Below are positions 27,281 through 38,105 of a stretch of DNA of 62,446 nucleotides, piece by piece. Position 1 is the first letter of the stretch, and each line of letters begins with the position of its first letter. Source of the stretch: Clostridia bacterium (GTDB taxonomy: Bacteria; Bacillota; Clostridia; Oscillospirales; CAG-272); contig JAFXHA010000039.1 of assembly GCA_017536635.1 (NCBI GenBank), positions 1 to 62,446 on the forward strand, written 5' to 3'. The notes under the pieces were generated by a model. The model worked only from the letters and a program-made list of their open reading frames with translations, did not search any database and was not told the DNA's origin. The translations under genes were made by a program, and so were the position numbers.

Positions 27281-27997
27281 ATGATATTTCAGGAAAACCA
27301 TACGACGCGCTGGCACGATACCGATGCATTCCGCCGTGTAACTCCTACGCAGATGCTCGTTTATATGCAGGAGGCGTCCAATCATCATATGGATAGCGTG
27401 GGAATGCCGCTTGATACGCTCAGAGATGAAAAAAGGCTTGCTTTTATTCTCAGTAAGATGCGCTTGGCGATCTATGCGCCACTCTATGCCTTTGAGGACA
27501 TAACGGTGCAGACCTGGACGTGCCCCGGTCGCGCGTTTTCGACGGAGAGATTTTACAGGATCAAACGCGGCGAGCAGATAATCGCCGACGCAATGTCTAC
27601 CTGGGCGCTCATAGATATAGACAAAAAGCTGCCCGTAACGCAGTCCGAAAGCGGACTTGTCTTTGAGGACGAGGCTGCGCCGAAGCTCGACGTTCCGCTG
27701 AGATTCAGACTTCCAAAGGATGTCGAGCTTATCTCTCTCGGAAAGAGAAGGATAGTATATTCGGATCTTGATTACAATATGCATATGAATAATACCAAAT
27801 ACACAAATATGCTCTGTGATTTTATGCCGATCGACGAGGTGGGAAAAATAAAGGGCGTATTGCTTTGCTACGTTAACGAGGCTGCGTTCGGCGACGAGAT
27901 AGAGGTGCTTTGCGCTAAGGTCGGAAATGAAAAATATTTCCGTACCGTCAACTCCCGAGGAGAGACCTGCCTTGAAGCGCATATGATACTCGATTGA
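27281..27997 (+). CDS. Acyl-ACP thioesterase
   Basis: Double hot-dog pattern with YSDLDYNMHMNNTKY. Confidence 0.88.
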   Translation: MIFQENHTTRWHDTDAFRRVTPTQMLVYMQEASNHHMDSVGMPLDTLRDEKRLAFILSKMRLAIYAPLYAFEDITVQTWTCPGRAFSTERFYRIKRGEQIIADAMSTWALIDIDKKLPVTQSESGLVFEDEAAPKLDVPLRFRLPKDVELISLGKRRIVYSDLDYNMHMNNTKYTNMLCDFMPIDEVGKIKGVLLCYVNEAAFGDEIEVLCAKVGNEKYFRTVNSRGETCLEAHMILD

Positions 27998-28158
27998 TAC
28001 TTAAATAACCGCTTTTGCTGTCGAAAATGACGGTGAGAGCGGTTTTTCTTTGCTTTTTCAAAAATATAACTAAATATTTACAATTACGCAATTATAATTT
28101 AACTTAAATAAGTTATTATATATTGTTAGTATAATTTTTTTTGAGCGCGGAGGCTGCT

Positions 28159-29073
28159 GTGTTCGGATACGTTAAGGTAACTCAATCGGAGCTTAGAGTA
28201 AAGGAATATGAGTTTTATCGCGGCGTTTACTGTGGGCTTTGTCGGTCTATGGGCAAATGCACGGGACAGTGCTCCAGAATGGCTCTCAGCTATGATTTTG
28301 CATTTCTTGCTGTTGCGCGACTCGCGCTGACGGGACAGGATTTCTCCTTCGAGAGAAAAAGATGTGCCGTACATATTTTGCACAAGCGAAGTATAATGAA
28401 GCGCAATGATCAGCTCGATTTTTGCGCGTATGCCGCCGCCCTATTGAATTATCATAAGCTTTTGGACGACAAAAATGACGAGCGCGGCGCCAAAAAGCTT
28501 CGAGCGACTCTGTTGACGCCACTTATGAAGCACGGACGCAAAAAGGCGTTGAAAAACGGATATGCCGAGCTTGATGCGAAGATATCCGAGCTGCTTGCAA
28601 GGCTTGCGGATTTTGAGGCAAAGCGAGAGGCGAGCGTTGATCTGCCTGCCGCGATATTCGGGGAGATACTCGGAGAGATCTGCGCCTTCGGGCTTGACGG
28701 AACAGAGGCGAGGATCGCCGCGTCTCTCGGACGGCACGTCGGAAGCTGGATATATATTGCCGATGCGCTCGACGATATGGCGGACGACAAGAAGCTCGGA
28801 AGATACAATCCTATGCTTTTGCTTTACGGCGGTGAGTTGCCAAGTAAAGAACAGATCGAATCGATAGAGATCGCACTCAAAAACGAGCTTTACGAGGCAG
28901 AATCGGCGGTCGATCTTATTGAGTTTAATAACGCGACCGTAAAAAATATAATTCAAAATATCATATATCTGGGAATGCCCGCAAGGATCAAGGAGATCTG
29001 CGCAAAATATTCGGAGTGTGAGTGCTCAGGGTCTTCCCGAAAAAGAAAATCCAGAAAGGAAGACTTAAAATGA
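28159..29073 (+). CDS. DUF5685-family protein
   Basis: [25 protein letters not shown] and YIADALDD...D...YNP motifs. GTG start. Confidence 0.8.
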   Translation: MFGYVKVTQSELRVKEYEFYRGVYCGLCRSMGKCTGQCSRMALSYDFAFLAVARLALTGQDFSFERKRCAVHILHKRSIMKRNDQLDFCAYAAALLNYHKLLDDKNDERGAKKLRATLLTPLMKHGRKKALKNGYAELDAKISELLARLADFEAKREASVDLPAAIFGEILGEICAFGLDGTEARIAASLGRHVGSWIYIADALDDMADDKKLGRYNPMLLLYGGELPSKEQIESIEIALKNELYEAESAVDLIEFNNATVKNIIQNIIYLGMPARIKEICAKYSECECSGSSRKRKSRKEDLK

Positions 29074-29696
29074 ACGATCCCTACAAGGTTCTCGGTGTGT
29101 CGCCCGATGCATCCGACGATGAGATAAAAAAGGCATACAGAGAGCTTGCTCGTAAGTATCATCCCGATAAGTACAGAGACAGCGATCTCGCAGATCTCGC
29201 GAGCGAGAAAATGAAGGAAATAAACGCCGCTTACGAGGAGATAAAGTCGATGCGTGAGAACGGCGGTCGCAAGCATAAGCAGAACAGCGGTAGCTATAAT
29301 TACGCCGGCGGAAGCTCTCCTACGGGCGATGCGAGATATAACAGCATAAGACAGATGATAAATTCCGGCAATATCAGCGGCGCTGAAAAGAGCCTTTACG
29401 AGATCCCTGACGTTGAGAGAAACGCCGAGTGGAACTTCCTTATGGGTTGCGTTATGATAAGACGCGGACAGTACGTCGACGCGCAGAGATATTTCGATAT
29501 CGCGGTGTCTATGGATCCGTATAACAACGAATATCGCGCGGCGCAGGAGCGCCTCAGAACCCGCGCCAACGGCTATGGCGGCGGATATCAGACGACCTCG
29601 GCGGGCGGTTGCAGTGCTTGCGACGTTTGCTCAGGACTGATGTGCGCGGATTGCTGCTGTGAATGCTGCGGCGGAGACCTCATTTCCTGCTGCTGA
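29070..29696 (+). CDS. J-domain protein with a TPR-like region and a Cys-rich tail
   Basis: DPYKVLGV...[13 protein letters not shown], and a C-terminus ending [17 protein letters not shown]. Confidence 0.9.
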   Translation: MNDPYKVLGVSPDASDDEIKKAYRELARKYHPDKYRDSDLADLASEKMKEINAAYEEIKSMRENGGRKHKQNSGSYNYAGGSSPTGDARYNSIRQMINSGNISGAEKSLYEIPDVERNAEWNFLMGCVMIRRGQYVDAQRYFDIAVSMDPYNNEYRAAQERLRTRANGYGGGYQTTSAGGCSACDVCSGLMCADCCCECCGGDLISCC

Positions 29697-29720
29697 TAGA
29701 TAGCGTCTCGGAGGCAAGCA

Positions 29721-30260
29721 TTGAATAATTTGAAGGAAAGAAGAAATAAAACGAAGATGATCACCGTTTGCGCGATGCTTGCGGCGCTTGGCGTTGTTGT
29801 GCTTTATCTCGGCTCGTTTATCGAGGTGCTCGACGCGTCAATGTCGGTAATAGCCTCGCTTATGACCGTGATCGTCGTGATAGAGTTCGGCCGCTCGGCG
29901 TCCTGGTCTATATACGCCGTTACTGCGGTGCTCTCACTCCTGCTTTTGCCGAACAAATCGCCTGCGGTGATGTACGCCGCTTTCTTCGGGTTTTATCCGA
30001 TCCTCAAGGAGATGTTCGAGAGGAAAAGCAAGCCGGTATCCTGGATACTGAAGGAAATAACCTTTAACGCGGCGCTTGTTGTGTGCTTTTTGATAATAAG
30101 ATTCGTTATCTTTATCGGCACGCCCGAAATTCCTATGGCAATGTACGTTATAGGTGCCGTGCTGCTTGAGGGCGTGTTCGTGCTTTACGATCTCGCGCTG
30201 ACAAGACTTATATCACTGTATATCTTCAAATTGAGAAACCGACTGAAAATAGGCAAATAA
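29721..30260 (+). CDS. Hypothetical membrane protein
   Basis: Several hydrophobic segments, FFGFYPILK, GGAGG RBS. Confidence 0.75.
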   Translation: MNNLKERRNKTKMITVCAMLAALGVVVLYLGSFIEVLDASMSVIASLMTVIVVIEFGRSASWSIYAVTAVLSLLLLPNKSPAVMYAAFFGFYPILKEMFERKSKPVSWILKEITFNAALVVCFLIIRFVIFIGTPEIPMAMYVIGAVLLEGVFVLYDLALTRLISLYIFKLRNRLKIGK

Positions 30261-30261
30261 T

Positions 30262-30295
30262 AAAAGGCTTTTGAGCATTTGCTCAAAAGCCTTTT
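30262..30295. terminator. Bidirectional terminator
   Basis: AAAAGGCTTTTGAGCA-TT-TGCTCAAAAGCCTTTT. Confidence 0.8.
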
Positions 30296-30299
30296 GTGT

Positions 30300-32042
30300 T
30301 TAGTCCTCGATAGCTGCCTTTTTGGTATTTATTTCGTAAAGCGTCTTTACGTCGAATTTCGGCTCGCGTGTGTCGTAGAAGAACAGACCGTTGAGCTCCT
30401 GTTCTACGTCGGTGAGCTGAGTGTAGCAGAATCCTATTATTTTGGGGTTGTCAAGCAGAGTGTGCGTGAGACCGCGGTATCTTTCATAGAATTCCTCGTA
30501 GCTCTGCGTTGAATTGCCGTAGCACCAAGCCTTCTTCTGATCCTTTTCTCCAACGAGCGCAAATCCGATACCGCCGTATTCAGATATGAACAGAGGCTCG
30601 CCCTTCCACTGCTGACGGGGAGCAAGTCGGTCGTAAAACTCACCCTTCTCGATGAGCGCGTCATAACGCTCGCGGTACACCTCGGGGCTTTGCTCGTAAT
30701 CGTGGGTGTCGTATATATCGGTTATAACGTGATATCCGCCGCTTGTGTCAATGCAGGGACGCGTGGGATCAAGAAGCTTTGTTTGCTCGTATACTATGCG
30801 AAGCAGCTCGTTATCCTGGCGTTTTCTTTGCGGGCCGTAGTCCCAGGTCTCGTTAAAGGGACACCAACCAATGACAGACGGGTGGTTGAAGTCGCGCGCA
30901 ACAATGCTCGCCCAATCGGGTAAAAACGTCGAAAGATTCGATATATCGGAATGATCGAGTCCCCAGTTTCCGTATTCTCCCCAGACCATATATCCGAGCT
31001 TGTCGGCGTGGTAAAGGAATCTCGGCTCGAATACCTTTTGATGAAGTCTTGCGCCGTTGAAGCCGACCGACATCGAAAGCTCAATATCGCGGCGCAGTGC
31101 CTCGTCGCTAGGCGCGGTATATATTCCGTCGTGATAAAAGCCCTGGTCAAGCACAAGTCTTTGGAATACGCTTTTGCCGTTGAGCAAAAATTTTCCGTCC
31201 TTGAGCTCTATCGAGCGCAGGCCGAAATAGCTCTTGACCTCGTCCTTGCCGAATTTCAGGATCACGTCGTAAAGCTTGCCGTCTCCAAGCTCCCAAAGAT
31301 GCTTTTCCGAGAGCTTGACCTCAAGCTGACCTGTTACCGAAAGCTTTTCTTTTTTAGCACTTCCGACCGGCTTTCCATTGTAAAAAACGTCAGCACTTAA
31401 ATTTTCGCATCCAACAAGCTCTGCGTTGATAAATAAGGAGCTGTTCTCAACATCGGTGTAAAATTTAGCGCATTTTATATAATTATTCGGCACGATCTCG
31501 TACCACACGGTCTGCCAGATTCCCGTTGTGCGAGTATAGTCGCAGCCGTGCGAGTAATAGAGCTCGGATTGCTTGCCTCTGGGCTGGAAGGGCGCGCGCG
31601 TGTCGTCATAGCAGGCAACTGTGATGACGTTTTCTCCCGAAACGAGCGCTCCCGTGATATCATACTCAAATGAGCCGTATCCGCCAATATGATCCATTCC
31701 AACACGCTTGCCGTTGACCCAAAGCTTAGTTTTGAAGTCAGCTGCGCCGAAATGCAGTATCACGCGATTTCCGCAAAGCTCGTCCTCGGTAAAGGAAACC
31801 TTCTTTTTGTACCATACGCACATCATAAAATCCTTATTGCCGACACCCGAGAGGTCGGATTCGGGACAGAAGGGAACGGTTATCTCGTTCGACAGCGTGT
31901 CGGTCTCGTAAAGCTTGCGGTTCTCGCCGCTTTGAGAGTTATCTATCTCGAATTGCCATTTTCCGTTAAGATTTTTCCAGTTTTTGCGCTCCCATTGGGG
32001 ATTCGGATGCTCAGCACGTGGGGATATATCGTTTTTATTCAT
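30300..32042 (-). CDS. Glycoside hydrolase family 2 (beta-galactosidase/glucuronidase-like)
   Basis: LNGKWQF, LHFGA, TGIWQTVW, NHPSVIGWCPFNETW and ISEYGG motifs. Confidence 0.92.
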   Translation of the reverse strand: MNKNDISPRAEHPNPQWERKNWKNLNGKWQFEIDNSQSGENRKLYETDTLSNEITVPFCPESDLSGVGNKDFMMCVWYKKKVSFTEDELCGNRVILHFGAADFKTKLWVNGKRVGMDHIGGYGSFEYDITGALVSGENVITVACYDDTRAPFQPRGKQSELYYSHGCDYTRTTGIWQTVWYEIVPNNYIKCAKFYTDVENSSLFINAELVGCENLSADVFYNGKPVGSAKKEKLSVTGQLEVKLSEKHLWELGDGKLYDVILKFGKDEVKSYFGLRSIELKDGKFLLNGKSVFQRLVLDQGFYHDGIYTAPSDEALRRDIELSMSVGFNGARLHQKVFEPRFLYHADKLGYMVWGEYGNWGLDHSDISNLSTFLPDWASIVARDFNHPSVIGWCPFNETWDYGPQRKRQDNELLRIVYEQTKLLDPTRPCIDTSGGYHVITDIYDTHDYEQSPEVYRERYDALIEKGEFYDRLAPRQQWKGEPLFISEYGGIGFALVGEKDQKKAWCYGNSTQSYEEFYERYRGLTHTLLDNPKIIGFCYTQLTDVEQELNGLFFYDTREPKFDVKTLYEINTKKAAIED

Positions 32043-32167
32043 TTTATTTTCCTCCGTTATATAAAATAAAGTTAAAAATCAAAAGGTATTGCATTCTTCT
32101 TTTAATTGTATTATAATATAAAAAAGACACAAAAACAATATAAAATATTACTAAAAAGGTGTGGAAT

Positions 32168-33016
32168 ATGAGCAAAATTAAGATTTCTTATGGTGCTGTA
32201 AGTTATCCCGATAAGGAAAAGGCTTTTGCAATTGTTACAGAGGCGGGGATTCCATTTGTTAATGCTACTGTCGGAATTACAAATCCGTCTCCCGATTATC
32301 AGATCAGCAGATCCAAGGACACCCCTGTAAACGTGTTTGAATACGTGCTTGACGGCGAGGGTGAGTTATATCTTGAGGGTAAATGGCAAAGGGTAAGCGG
32401 GGGAGATATTTATATTTTAAGGCAAGGCGAAGCGCATAGATATCGATCTAACCCACGGGATCCGTGGAAAAAGCTATGGATAAACTACGTTGCCGACTAT
32501 ATTTCTCCCTTGCTTGATGCCTACGGTATCAAAAGCGGAGTATATTCAGCCAAGGACGCAAGGACATATTTTGAACAGGCGCTCGAATATGCCTCGGGTG
32601 GCGCGCCTTATACTAATGTAAGCTATAATATCGCGCAATGCGTTTACAATATAATAAACACCGTAGCTCTTGAAAGCAGCAGCGAAAATTCGGATAGATA
32701 CAGAATACGTGAGGCGCTTAACGGTTCCGTGTATGAAAAGGCGGATCTTGACGTGATCTCGGAACGGCTTCATATATCCAAGTCGAATATCATACGGATC
32801 TTCAAAAAAAGCTACGGCGTAACGCCCTATGAATATCTCGTGTCGCTTAAGATCGCAACGGCAAAGATTTTGCTCAAGGATACGCAAATGACCGTCAAGG
32901 AGATATCCGAGAAGCTTTGCTTTTCCGACGAGCATTATTTTTCCAACGTTTTTCTTCGCCGGACCGGCTCGCGCCCGCGTGAGTACAGAAGATCACATAA
33001 CGTTAAGATAAATTAA
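32168..33016 (+). CDS. AraC-family regulator
   Basis: N-terminal cupin and a C-terminal double HTH (FKKSYGVTPYEY...FSDEHYFS). Divergent from the GH2 gene. Confidence 0.92.
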   Translation: MSKIKISYGAVSYPDKEKAFAIVTEAGIPFVNATVGITNPSPDYQISRSKDTPVNVFEYVLDGEGELYLEGKWQRVSGGDIYILRQGEAHRYRSNPRDPWKKLWINYVADYISPLLDAYGIKSGVYSAKDARTYFEQALEYASGGAPYTNVSYNIAQCVYNIINTVALESSSENSDRYRIREALNGSVYEKADLDVISERLHISKSNIIRIFKKSYGVTPYEYLVSLKIATAKILLKDTQMTVKEISEKLCFSDEHYFSNVFLRRTGSRPREYRRSHNVKIN

Positions 33017-33049
33017 AAAAAGCCCGAAAGATCGGGCTTTTTTATTTCA

Positions 33050-33265
33050 TTATTTTCTTTTATCGCTCAGACCTAAAAAATAGTCCGCGCTGACGCCATA
33101 GTATTTACAAAGCATCAGCAAATGATGAATGGGCAATTCATTAGCGCCACGTTCATAGCGCGCGTACATCGTTTGAGAGGTTCCTATGATATCGGCAATT
33201 TGCTGTTGAGTCTTATCGCTGTCTTCACGTAGATCGCGCATTCTTTTTATATAACCGAAATTCAT
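33050..33265 (-). CDS. XRE-family HTH regulator
   Basis: LREDSDKTQQQIA...YARYERG...YGVSADY. Confidence 0.88.
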   Translation of the reverse strand: MNFGYIKRMRDLREDSDKTQQQIADIIGTSQTMYARYERGANELPIHHLLMLCKYYGVSADYFLGLSDKRK

Positions 33266-33338
33266 AAATACCTCCTATATTGATAATTTTATTATATCAA
33301 ATAAAGATATTTACTATCTGCATTAGTAAATATTTGTA

Positions 33339-34088
33339 TTATATTTTTTTTATGCTTGCCCAAATGATCTTTGAATAGAGAGAGGGCAGAGAAGCGAGGC
33401 GGATAAAACGGCGTGGTTCTCCGATGCACCGCCAGAGCCATTCGGCGTTTGCAAGCTGAACTGCACGCGGCGCGCGACGTATCTTGCCCGACCACACATC
33501 AAGCGCTCCGCCGAGTCCCATAAAAATGCGCACTGAGGGTAAAGAGCTTGAGTTCTCGTGTATCCAATTTTCCTGCGCGGGAGTTCCAAAGCACACGAAC
33601 AGTATGTCCGGCGCACTTTTGCGAAGCTTCTCAAGCAAAGCCTGATTATCGCTTGAGGTGCGCGATTTGTTGAAATATCCGTGATGAGTCAGCACCGTGT
33701 CAAGCATGGGGATATCCTTTTTGAGCCGTTCTGCCGCTTGTGCGGCGACGCCTTTTTTGCCGCCGATAAATGCCACCTTCAGAGCGCGCTGCGCGGATAG
33801 CTCAAGTATTCGGTATGCCGTATCTATTCCCGTTATCCTTTGCGGCAGACGCTCGCCCGATAGCCGCGCGGCGAGCAGAACGCCGACACCGTCGGGCAAA
33901 AGCAGGGAAGCTGAGCCGAGTATTCGCTTGAAGTTCTCGTCGCGCTCGGCGATAGCCAGCATCTGCGGATTGGGCGTAAATATTTTGGCTCCGCCGCGTC
34001 TGCCGAGCATTTTAAGTATCTCACCCTCTATTGCCGCCTCGCTTGCCCTTGTTATTTTTGTGCCGAGAATGTTTACGCTGTCTATCAT
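33339..34088 (-). CDS. tagA: WecB/TagA/CpsF-family glycosyltransferase
   Basis: TPNP, PDGVGV, RITGID, HHGYF, GTPAQE and RAP...EWLWR motifs. Confidence 0.88.
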   Translation of the reverse strand: MIDSVNILGTKITRASEAAIEGEILKMLGRRGGAKIFTPNPQMLAIAERDENFKRILGSASLLLPDGVGVLLAARLSGERLPQRITGIDTAYRILELSAQRALKVAFIGGKKGVAAQAAERLKKDIPMLDTVLTHHGYFNKSRTSSDNQALLEKLRKSAPDILFVCFGTPAQENWIHENSSSLPSVRIFMGLGGALDVWSGKIRRAPRAVQLANAEWLWRCIGEPRRFIRLASLPSLYSKIIWASIKKI

Positions 34089-34242
34089 AAATTCTCCCGT
34101 TTTTGATTTTTGTCTGTATTATGATTATTTTCCCCTTAAAATTAAAAAATATAAGTCTCTTTTTATTGACTTTTTTTGCGGTATGTATTATAATAATTAT
34201 AACTATGTATATTTTATCTTATTTTGAAAGGAATCTATATAA

Positions 34243-35682
34243 ATGGCTAATGACAAGAAAATGGTAGAGCAGATAACGTCTATGGATACCGACTTTGCAC
34301 AGTGGTATACCGACGTTGTAAAAAAGGCAGAGCTCGTTGATTATTCGGGAGTAAAGGGCTGTATGATAATCAGACCTTACGGCTATGCTATCTGGGAAAA
34401 TATTCAGCACGATCTCGATGCGAGATTCAAAAAACTCGGACACGAGAATGTATATATGCCGATGTTTATCCCCGAGAGTCTGCTCCAGAAGGAGAAGGAT
34501 CACGTTGCGGGATTTGCTCCCGAGTGCGCGATAGTTACCATCGGCGGTCAGAACAAGCTCTCCGAGAGACTTATCGTACGTCCTACGTCGGAAACGCTTT
34601 TCTGTGAGCACTATAAGAATATAATCCACTCCTATCGCGATCTTCCCAAGCTTTATAACCAGTGGTGTAACGTCGTGAGATGGGAAAAGACCACGCGTCC
34701 CTTCCTTCGTACGTCCGAGTTCTTGTGGCAGGAAGGACATACTATGCACGAGAACGAGGAGCAGGCGCGCGAGGAGACACTCAATATGCTTAAATGCTAT
34801 GAGGACTTCTACCGCGAGACTCTTGCTATTCCCGCGGTTACGGGACGCAAGACCGAAAAGGAGAAGTTCGCGGGCGCTAAGGAGACCTATACCATCGAGC
34901 CTATGATGCACAACGGAGTTGCGCTTCAGGGCGGTACGTCGCATTATTTTGGCGACGGATTCGCGAGAGCGTTTGATATAACCTATACCGACAGAGAGAA
35001 TAAGATCTGCTATCCTCATCAGACCTCGTGGGGCGTTTCCACCCGTATGATCGGCGCGATCATTATGACTCACGGTGATGATAACGGTCTTATATTGCCC
35101 CCGAAGGTAGCTCCTATTCAGGTTGCCATCATTCCGATCGCGCAGCATAAGGAAGGCGTGCTTGAGAAGGCGGGCGAGGTAAGAGATATTCTTGCAAACA
35201 ATTTCAGAGTAAAGCTTGACGACAGCGATTACTCGACCGGATGGAAGTTCAGCCAGTACGAGATGAAGGGCGTTCCGCTCCGTCTCGAGCTCGGACCGAG
35301 AGACATCGAGAACAACTGCTGCGTGCTCGTCAGCCGTGTTACCAGAGAAAAGAAGGTAGTTTCGCTTGACAATATCGCAGAGGAAGTAGAGCAGGCGCTT
35401 GCCGCAGTTCACAACGAGCTTTACGAGAGAGCGCTCAATAACCTCTCGGAGAAGATGAGCGAGGCGCGCACTCACGAGGAATTCCTCGATATCGCAGAGA
35501 ACAAGCCCGGATTTATCAAGGCTATGTGGTGCGGAGACAGCGAGTGCGAGGATCAGCTCAAGGATGAAACGGGCGGAGTCAAGTCCCGTTGCATTCCTTT
35601 CGTTGAGGAAAAGCTTGCCGATACCTGCGTATGCTGCGGAAAGCCCGCGAAGCATATGGTAGTATTCGGCAGACAGTATTGA
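34243..35682 (+). CDS. proS: Proline-tRNA ligase (archaeal/eukaryotic type)
   Basis: [38 protein letters not shown], and a C-terminal Zn-binding region ending FGRQY. Confidence 0.97.
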   Translation: MANDKKMVEQITSMDTDFAQWYTDVVKKAELVDYSGVKGCMIIRPYGYAIWENIQHDLDARFKKLGHENVYMPMFIPESLLQKEKDHVAGFAPECAIVTIGGQNKLSERLIVRPTSETLFCEHYKNIIHSYRDLPKLYNQWCNVVRWEKTTRPFLRTSEFLWQEGHTMHENEEQAREETLNMLKCYEDFYRETLAIPAVTGRKTEKEKFAGAKETYTIEPMMHNGVALQGGTSHYFGDGFARAFDITYTDRENKICYPHQTSWGVSTRMIGAIIMTHGDDNGLILPPKVAPIQVAIIPIAQHKEGVLEKAGEVRDILANNFRVKLDDSDYSTGWKFSQYEMKGVPLRLELGPRDIENNCCVLVSRVTREKKVVSLDNIAEEVEQALAAVHNELYERALNNLSEKMSEARTHEEFLDIAENKPGFIKAMWCGDSECEDQLKDETGGVKSRCIPFVEEKLADTCVCCGKPAKHMVVFGRQY

Positions 35683-35719
35683 TTTGATTAAAAACTAAAA
35701 ATATGAAGGAGGCGACGGC

Positions 35720-36850
35720 GTGAGAGTATCGCTTAAAGGTATTGAAAATCCGATAAAAAAGATAGACCCGATACTTTTCTGCGCCGTTGCCGTTCTTTCG
35801 ATTATAAGTATTATTACGGTTCTCGGAAGCGTGGATAATTTCGGTAAAAGTAAGCTCGTTATGCAGATAGCTATGACTCTGCTCGGAATGCTCTTTACCG
35901 TGGTCATCGCGAATATCGATTACCGTTTTTTTATTGATAAGCTATATATAATAATGTTTGCGGTCTCGGTAATACTGATGCTTCTGACGCTTGCATTCGG
36001 AAGCAGCGGCGTAAGTATGGAAACGGCAAACAGGAGCTGGCTCAAGATACCGATAATCAATATTGCCGTGCAACCCTCGGAGTTTATCAAAATAACGTTT
36101 ATATGCTCGTTTTCAAAGCATATAGATACGGTAAGAGAAAGGATAAATAAGCCGCTCGTTCTGTTGGGACTTCTTGTGCACGCGGGAGTGATCGTGGGAC
36201 TTATACTTCTTACGGGAGACCTCGGAGTTGCGCTCGTTTACATTGGTATAATTTTGCTGATGCTGTTCTGCGCAGGGCTATCCGCCTGGTATTTCGTGAT
36301 AGGTATTGCCGTGATCATCGTGGCGTTTCCGTTCTTGTGGGATTTTCTCAAGCCTTATCAGCAAAGCCGTATAATTTACGGATTTCAGCCTGAGCTCGAT
36401 CCTCTCGGATACGGAATGCAGCCGCTTATGAGCAGAGAAGCGATATCTCAGGGCGGATTCTTCGGCAAAGGCTTTTCCGAGGGCGGAATATATGAATCTC
36501 TCACCGCCTCTCATACCGACTTTATTTTTGCGACCGTATGTGAAAAATTCGGATTTGTCGGCGGATTTTTGACCGTAGCGGCTCTCGTTGTGCTCGTTGT
36601 AAGATGTATATATCTCGGATTCCGTTGCCGAGATAATATCGGGAAGCTCGTATGCATAGGAGTTGCGGGAATTATAATGATACAGACCGCCGAAAATCTT
36701 TGGATGTGCCTCGGTCTTGTACCCGTCATAGGAATAACTCTTCCGTTTGTGAGCTGCGGTGGATCGTCCTTGCTTGCGACATATATGCTCGTGGGACTTG
36801 CACACAGCGTAATCGCGTGCGAGCGCCGGTTCAAGCTGTCAATAGGATAA
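35720..36850 (+). CDS. FtsW/RodA/SpoVE-family SEDS protein
   Basis: QPSEFIK, DLG, HTDFIF..CEKFGFVG and GITLPFVSCGGSS motifs. Confidence 0.92.
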   Translation: MRVSLKGIENPIKKIDPILFCAVAVLSIISIITVLGSVDNFGKSKLVMQIAMTLLGMLFTVVIANIDYRFFIDKLYIIMFAVSVILMLLTLAFGSSGVSMETANRSWLKIPIINIAVQPSEFIKITFICSFSKHIDTVRERINKPLVLLGLLVHAGVIVGLILLTGDLGVALVYIGIILLMLFCAGLSAWYFVIGIAVIIVAFPFLWDFLKPYQQSRIIYGFQPELDPLGYGMQPLMSREAISQGGFFGKGFSEGGIYESLTASHTDFIFATVCEKFGFVGGFLTVAALVVLVVRCIYLGFRCRDNIGKLVCIGVAGIIMIQTAENLWMCLGLVPVIGITLPFVSCGGSSLLATYMLVGLAHSVIACERRFKLSIG

Positions 36851-36935
36851 AATCCATACTGAAAATTTAATATTAGCATAAAGATCCTCCTGTATAAATA
36901 TAATGAATTAGATTTATATTACAGGAGGATTCTCT

Positions 36936-37412
36936 ATGTTTATTTATTCCTTGCGTGCGAGCACGCTTAAATTTTTCGCGGTCATAGGAGTAGCCATTGC
37001 GACACTTATAACGCTGATAGCCTTTATTCCCGCGTACGGCCAGGAAAATACCGCCGTAGGTGCATCGGGCGAGATAAGATACGACGGCATCAAAAACAAC
37101 GATGACAGAGTAGAGTTTCTTGCGCAGTTCGGCTGGTCGGTTGAGAGCGAGCCCGTCGAAAGCGCTGAGGTAAGCATTCCCGCGGAGTTTGATAAGGTGT
37201 TTATGCAGTACAATGAGATACAGAAGCGCCAGGGACTCGACCTTTCAAAGTACAAAAAGAAGAACGTTATGAGATACACCTACAAGATCACCAATTACGA
37301 GGGCTTTGACGGAACAGTGTATGCTAATATACTTGTGTATCGCAATAAGGTTATTGGCGGCGACGTATGCTCAGCGGATATCAAAGGATTTTTACACGGA
37401 TTGGAAAAGTAA
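36936..37412 (+). CDS. DUF4830-like protein
   Basis: One transmembrane segment plus IPAEFD..YNEIQK.QGLDL..YK and IGGDV. Confidence 0.75.
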   Translation: MFIYSLRASTLKFFAVIGVAIATLITLIAFIPAYGQENTAVGASGEIRYDGIKNNDDRVEFLAQFGWSVESEPVESAEVSIPAEFDKVFMQYNEIQKRQGLDLSKYKKKNVMRYTYKITNYEGFDGTVYANILVYRNKVIGGDVCSADIKGFLHGLEK

Positions 37413-37438
37413 TACAGAACGTTTTTTTGCTGCCGCTA

Positions 37439-37467
37439 TTGACAAAAATGTCGAAATGTGCTATTAT
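37439..37467 (+). promoter_or_regulatory. Sigma-A promoter with a 0A-box-like TGTCGAA in the spacer
   Basis: TTGACA-17-TATTAT, with TGTCGAA at 37449-37455. Confidence 0.5.
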
Positions 37468-37518
37468 TGTCCTTGAGCAGAGCTGCGCTTTGTCTCAATT
37501 TATTTCCAGAGGTGTAAT

Positions 37519-38070
37519 ATGGCATTTTGTAAGAACTGCGGAGCAGAGCTGAAGCCCGAACATAATTTTTGCGGCAATTGCGGCGCTCCCGTTAAAAAAA
37601 TAGAAGAAACAGAAAAAATAGAGATAACACAAGAAGCTAAAGAAAAGATCAACGAAGAAGCAGCGGCGCAAAGCGCCGAAACGCTTGAAAACGAGGCCGC
37701 GTCGGAGCAGGGCACCTATGAAGCTCCCGAGACCACGCCCATTTCCGATGAGGTGTTTCAGGAACCTGAGCGGTCGGGGAAGCTTGATATAGCTATGCTC
37801 GTCTGGGCAATTGCGAACACCGTGTTCAGCTTTTGCTCGTGTTGCTTGCCGATAGGTATTCTTCCGCTCGTTTTTGCGATAATGACCAATAATGCGAATT
37901 ATGACGTGTCGCGTAAGAACAAAAAGAGAGCGCTTATTACTAACATTATAGTAACCGCGCTTATTGTGCTGATTACTGTTTTGGAGATAGTTCTTATGGT
38001 CCTTTACGCCGACGTGCTTGATCAATGGTTGATCGAGTATTCGGGAAACAGCTACGATCTTTATTATTGA
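37519..38070 (+). CDS. Zinc-ribbon + CD225/dispanin-like membrane protein
   Basis: FCKNCG...FCGNCG, then LVWAIANT..CSCCLPIGI. Confidence 0.7.
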   Translation: MAFCKNCGAELKPEHNFCGNCGAPVKKIEETEKIEITQEAKEKINEEAAAQSAETLENEAASEQGTYEAPETTPISDEVFQEPERSGKLDIAMLVWAIANTVFSFCSCCLPIGILPLVFAIMTNNANYDVSRKNKKRALITNIIVTALIVLITVLEIVLMVLYADVLDQWLIEYSGNSYDLYY

Positions 38071-38105
38071 CGTTTAGCTGAAATTACTTTACCGGGAGGT
38101 TAAAA

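Noticed and set aside
28019-28025. Spo0A box TGTCGAA
   Set aside because: It lies inside a terminator hairpin, and several such 7-mers are expected by chance in 62 kb.
34090-34242. T-box leader for proS
   Set aside because: The intergenic region is short and AT-rich, with no T-box motif or terminator.
34219-35655. 478-aa antisense ORF over proS (similar ones at 17142-18359, 21378-22607, 23494-24354, 39131-40096, 46377-47702)
   Set aside because: Shadow frames of genes with biased codon use; no RBS or recognisable motifs.
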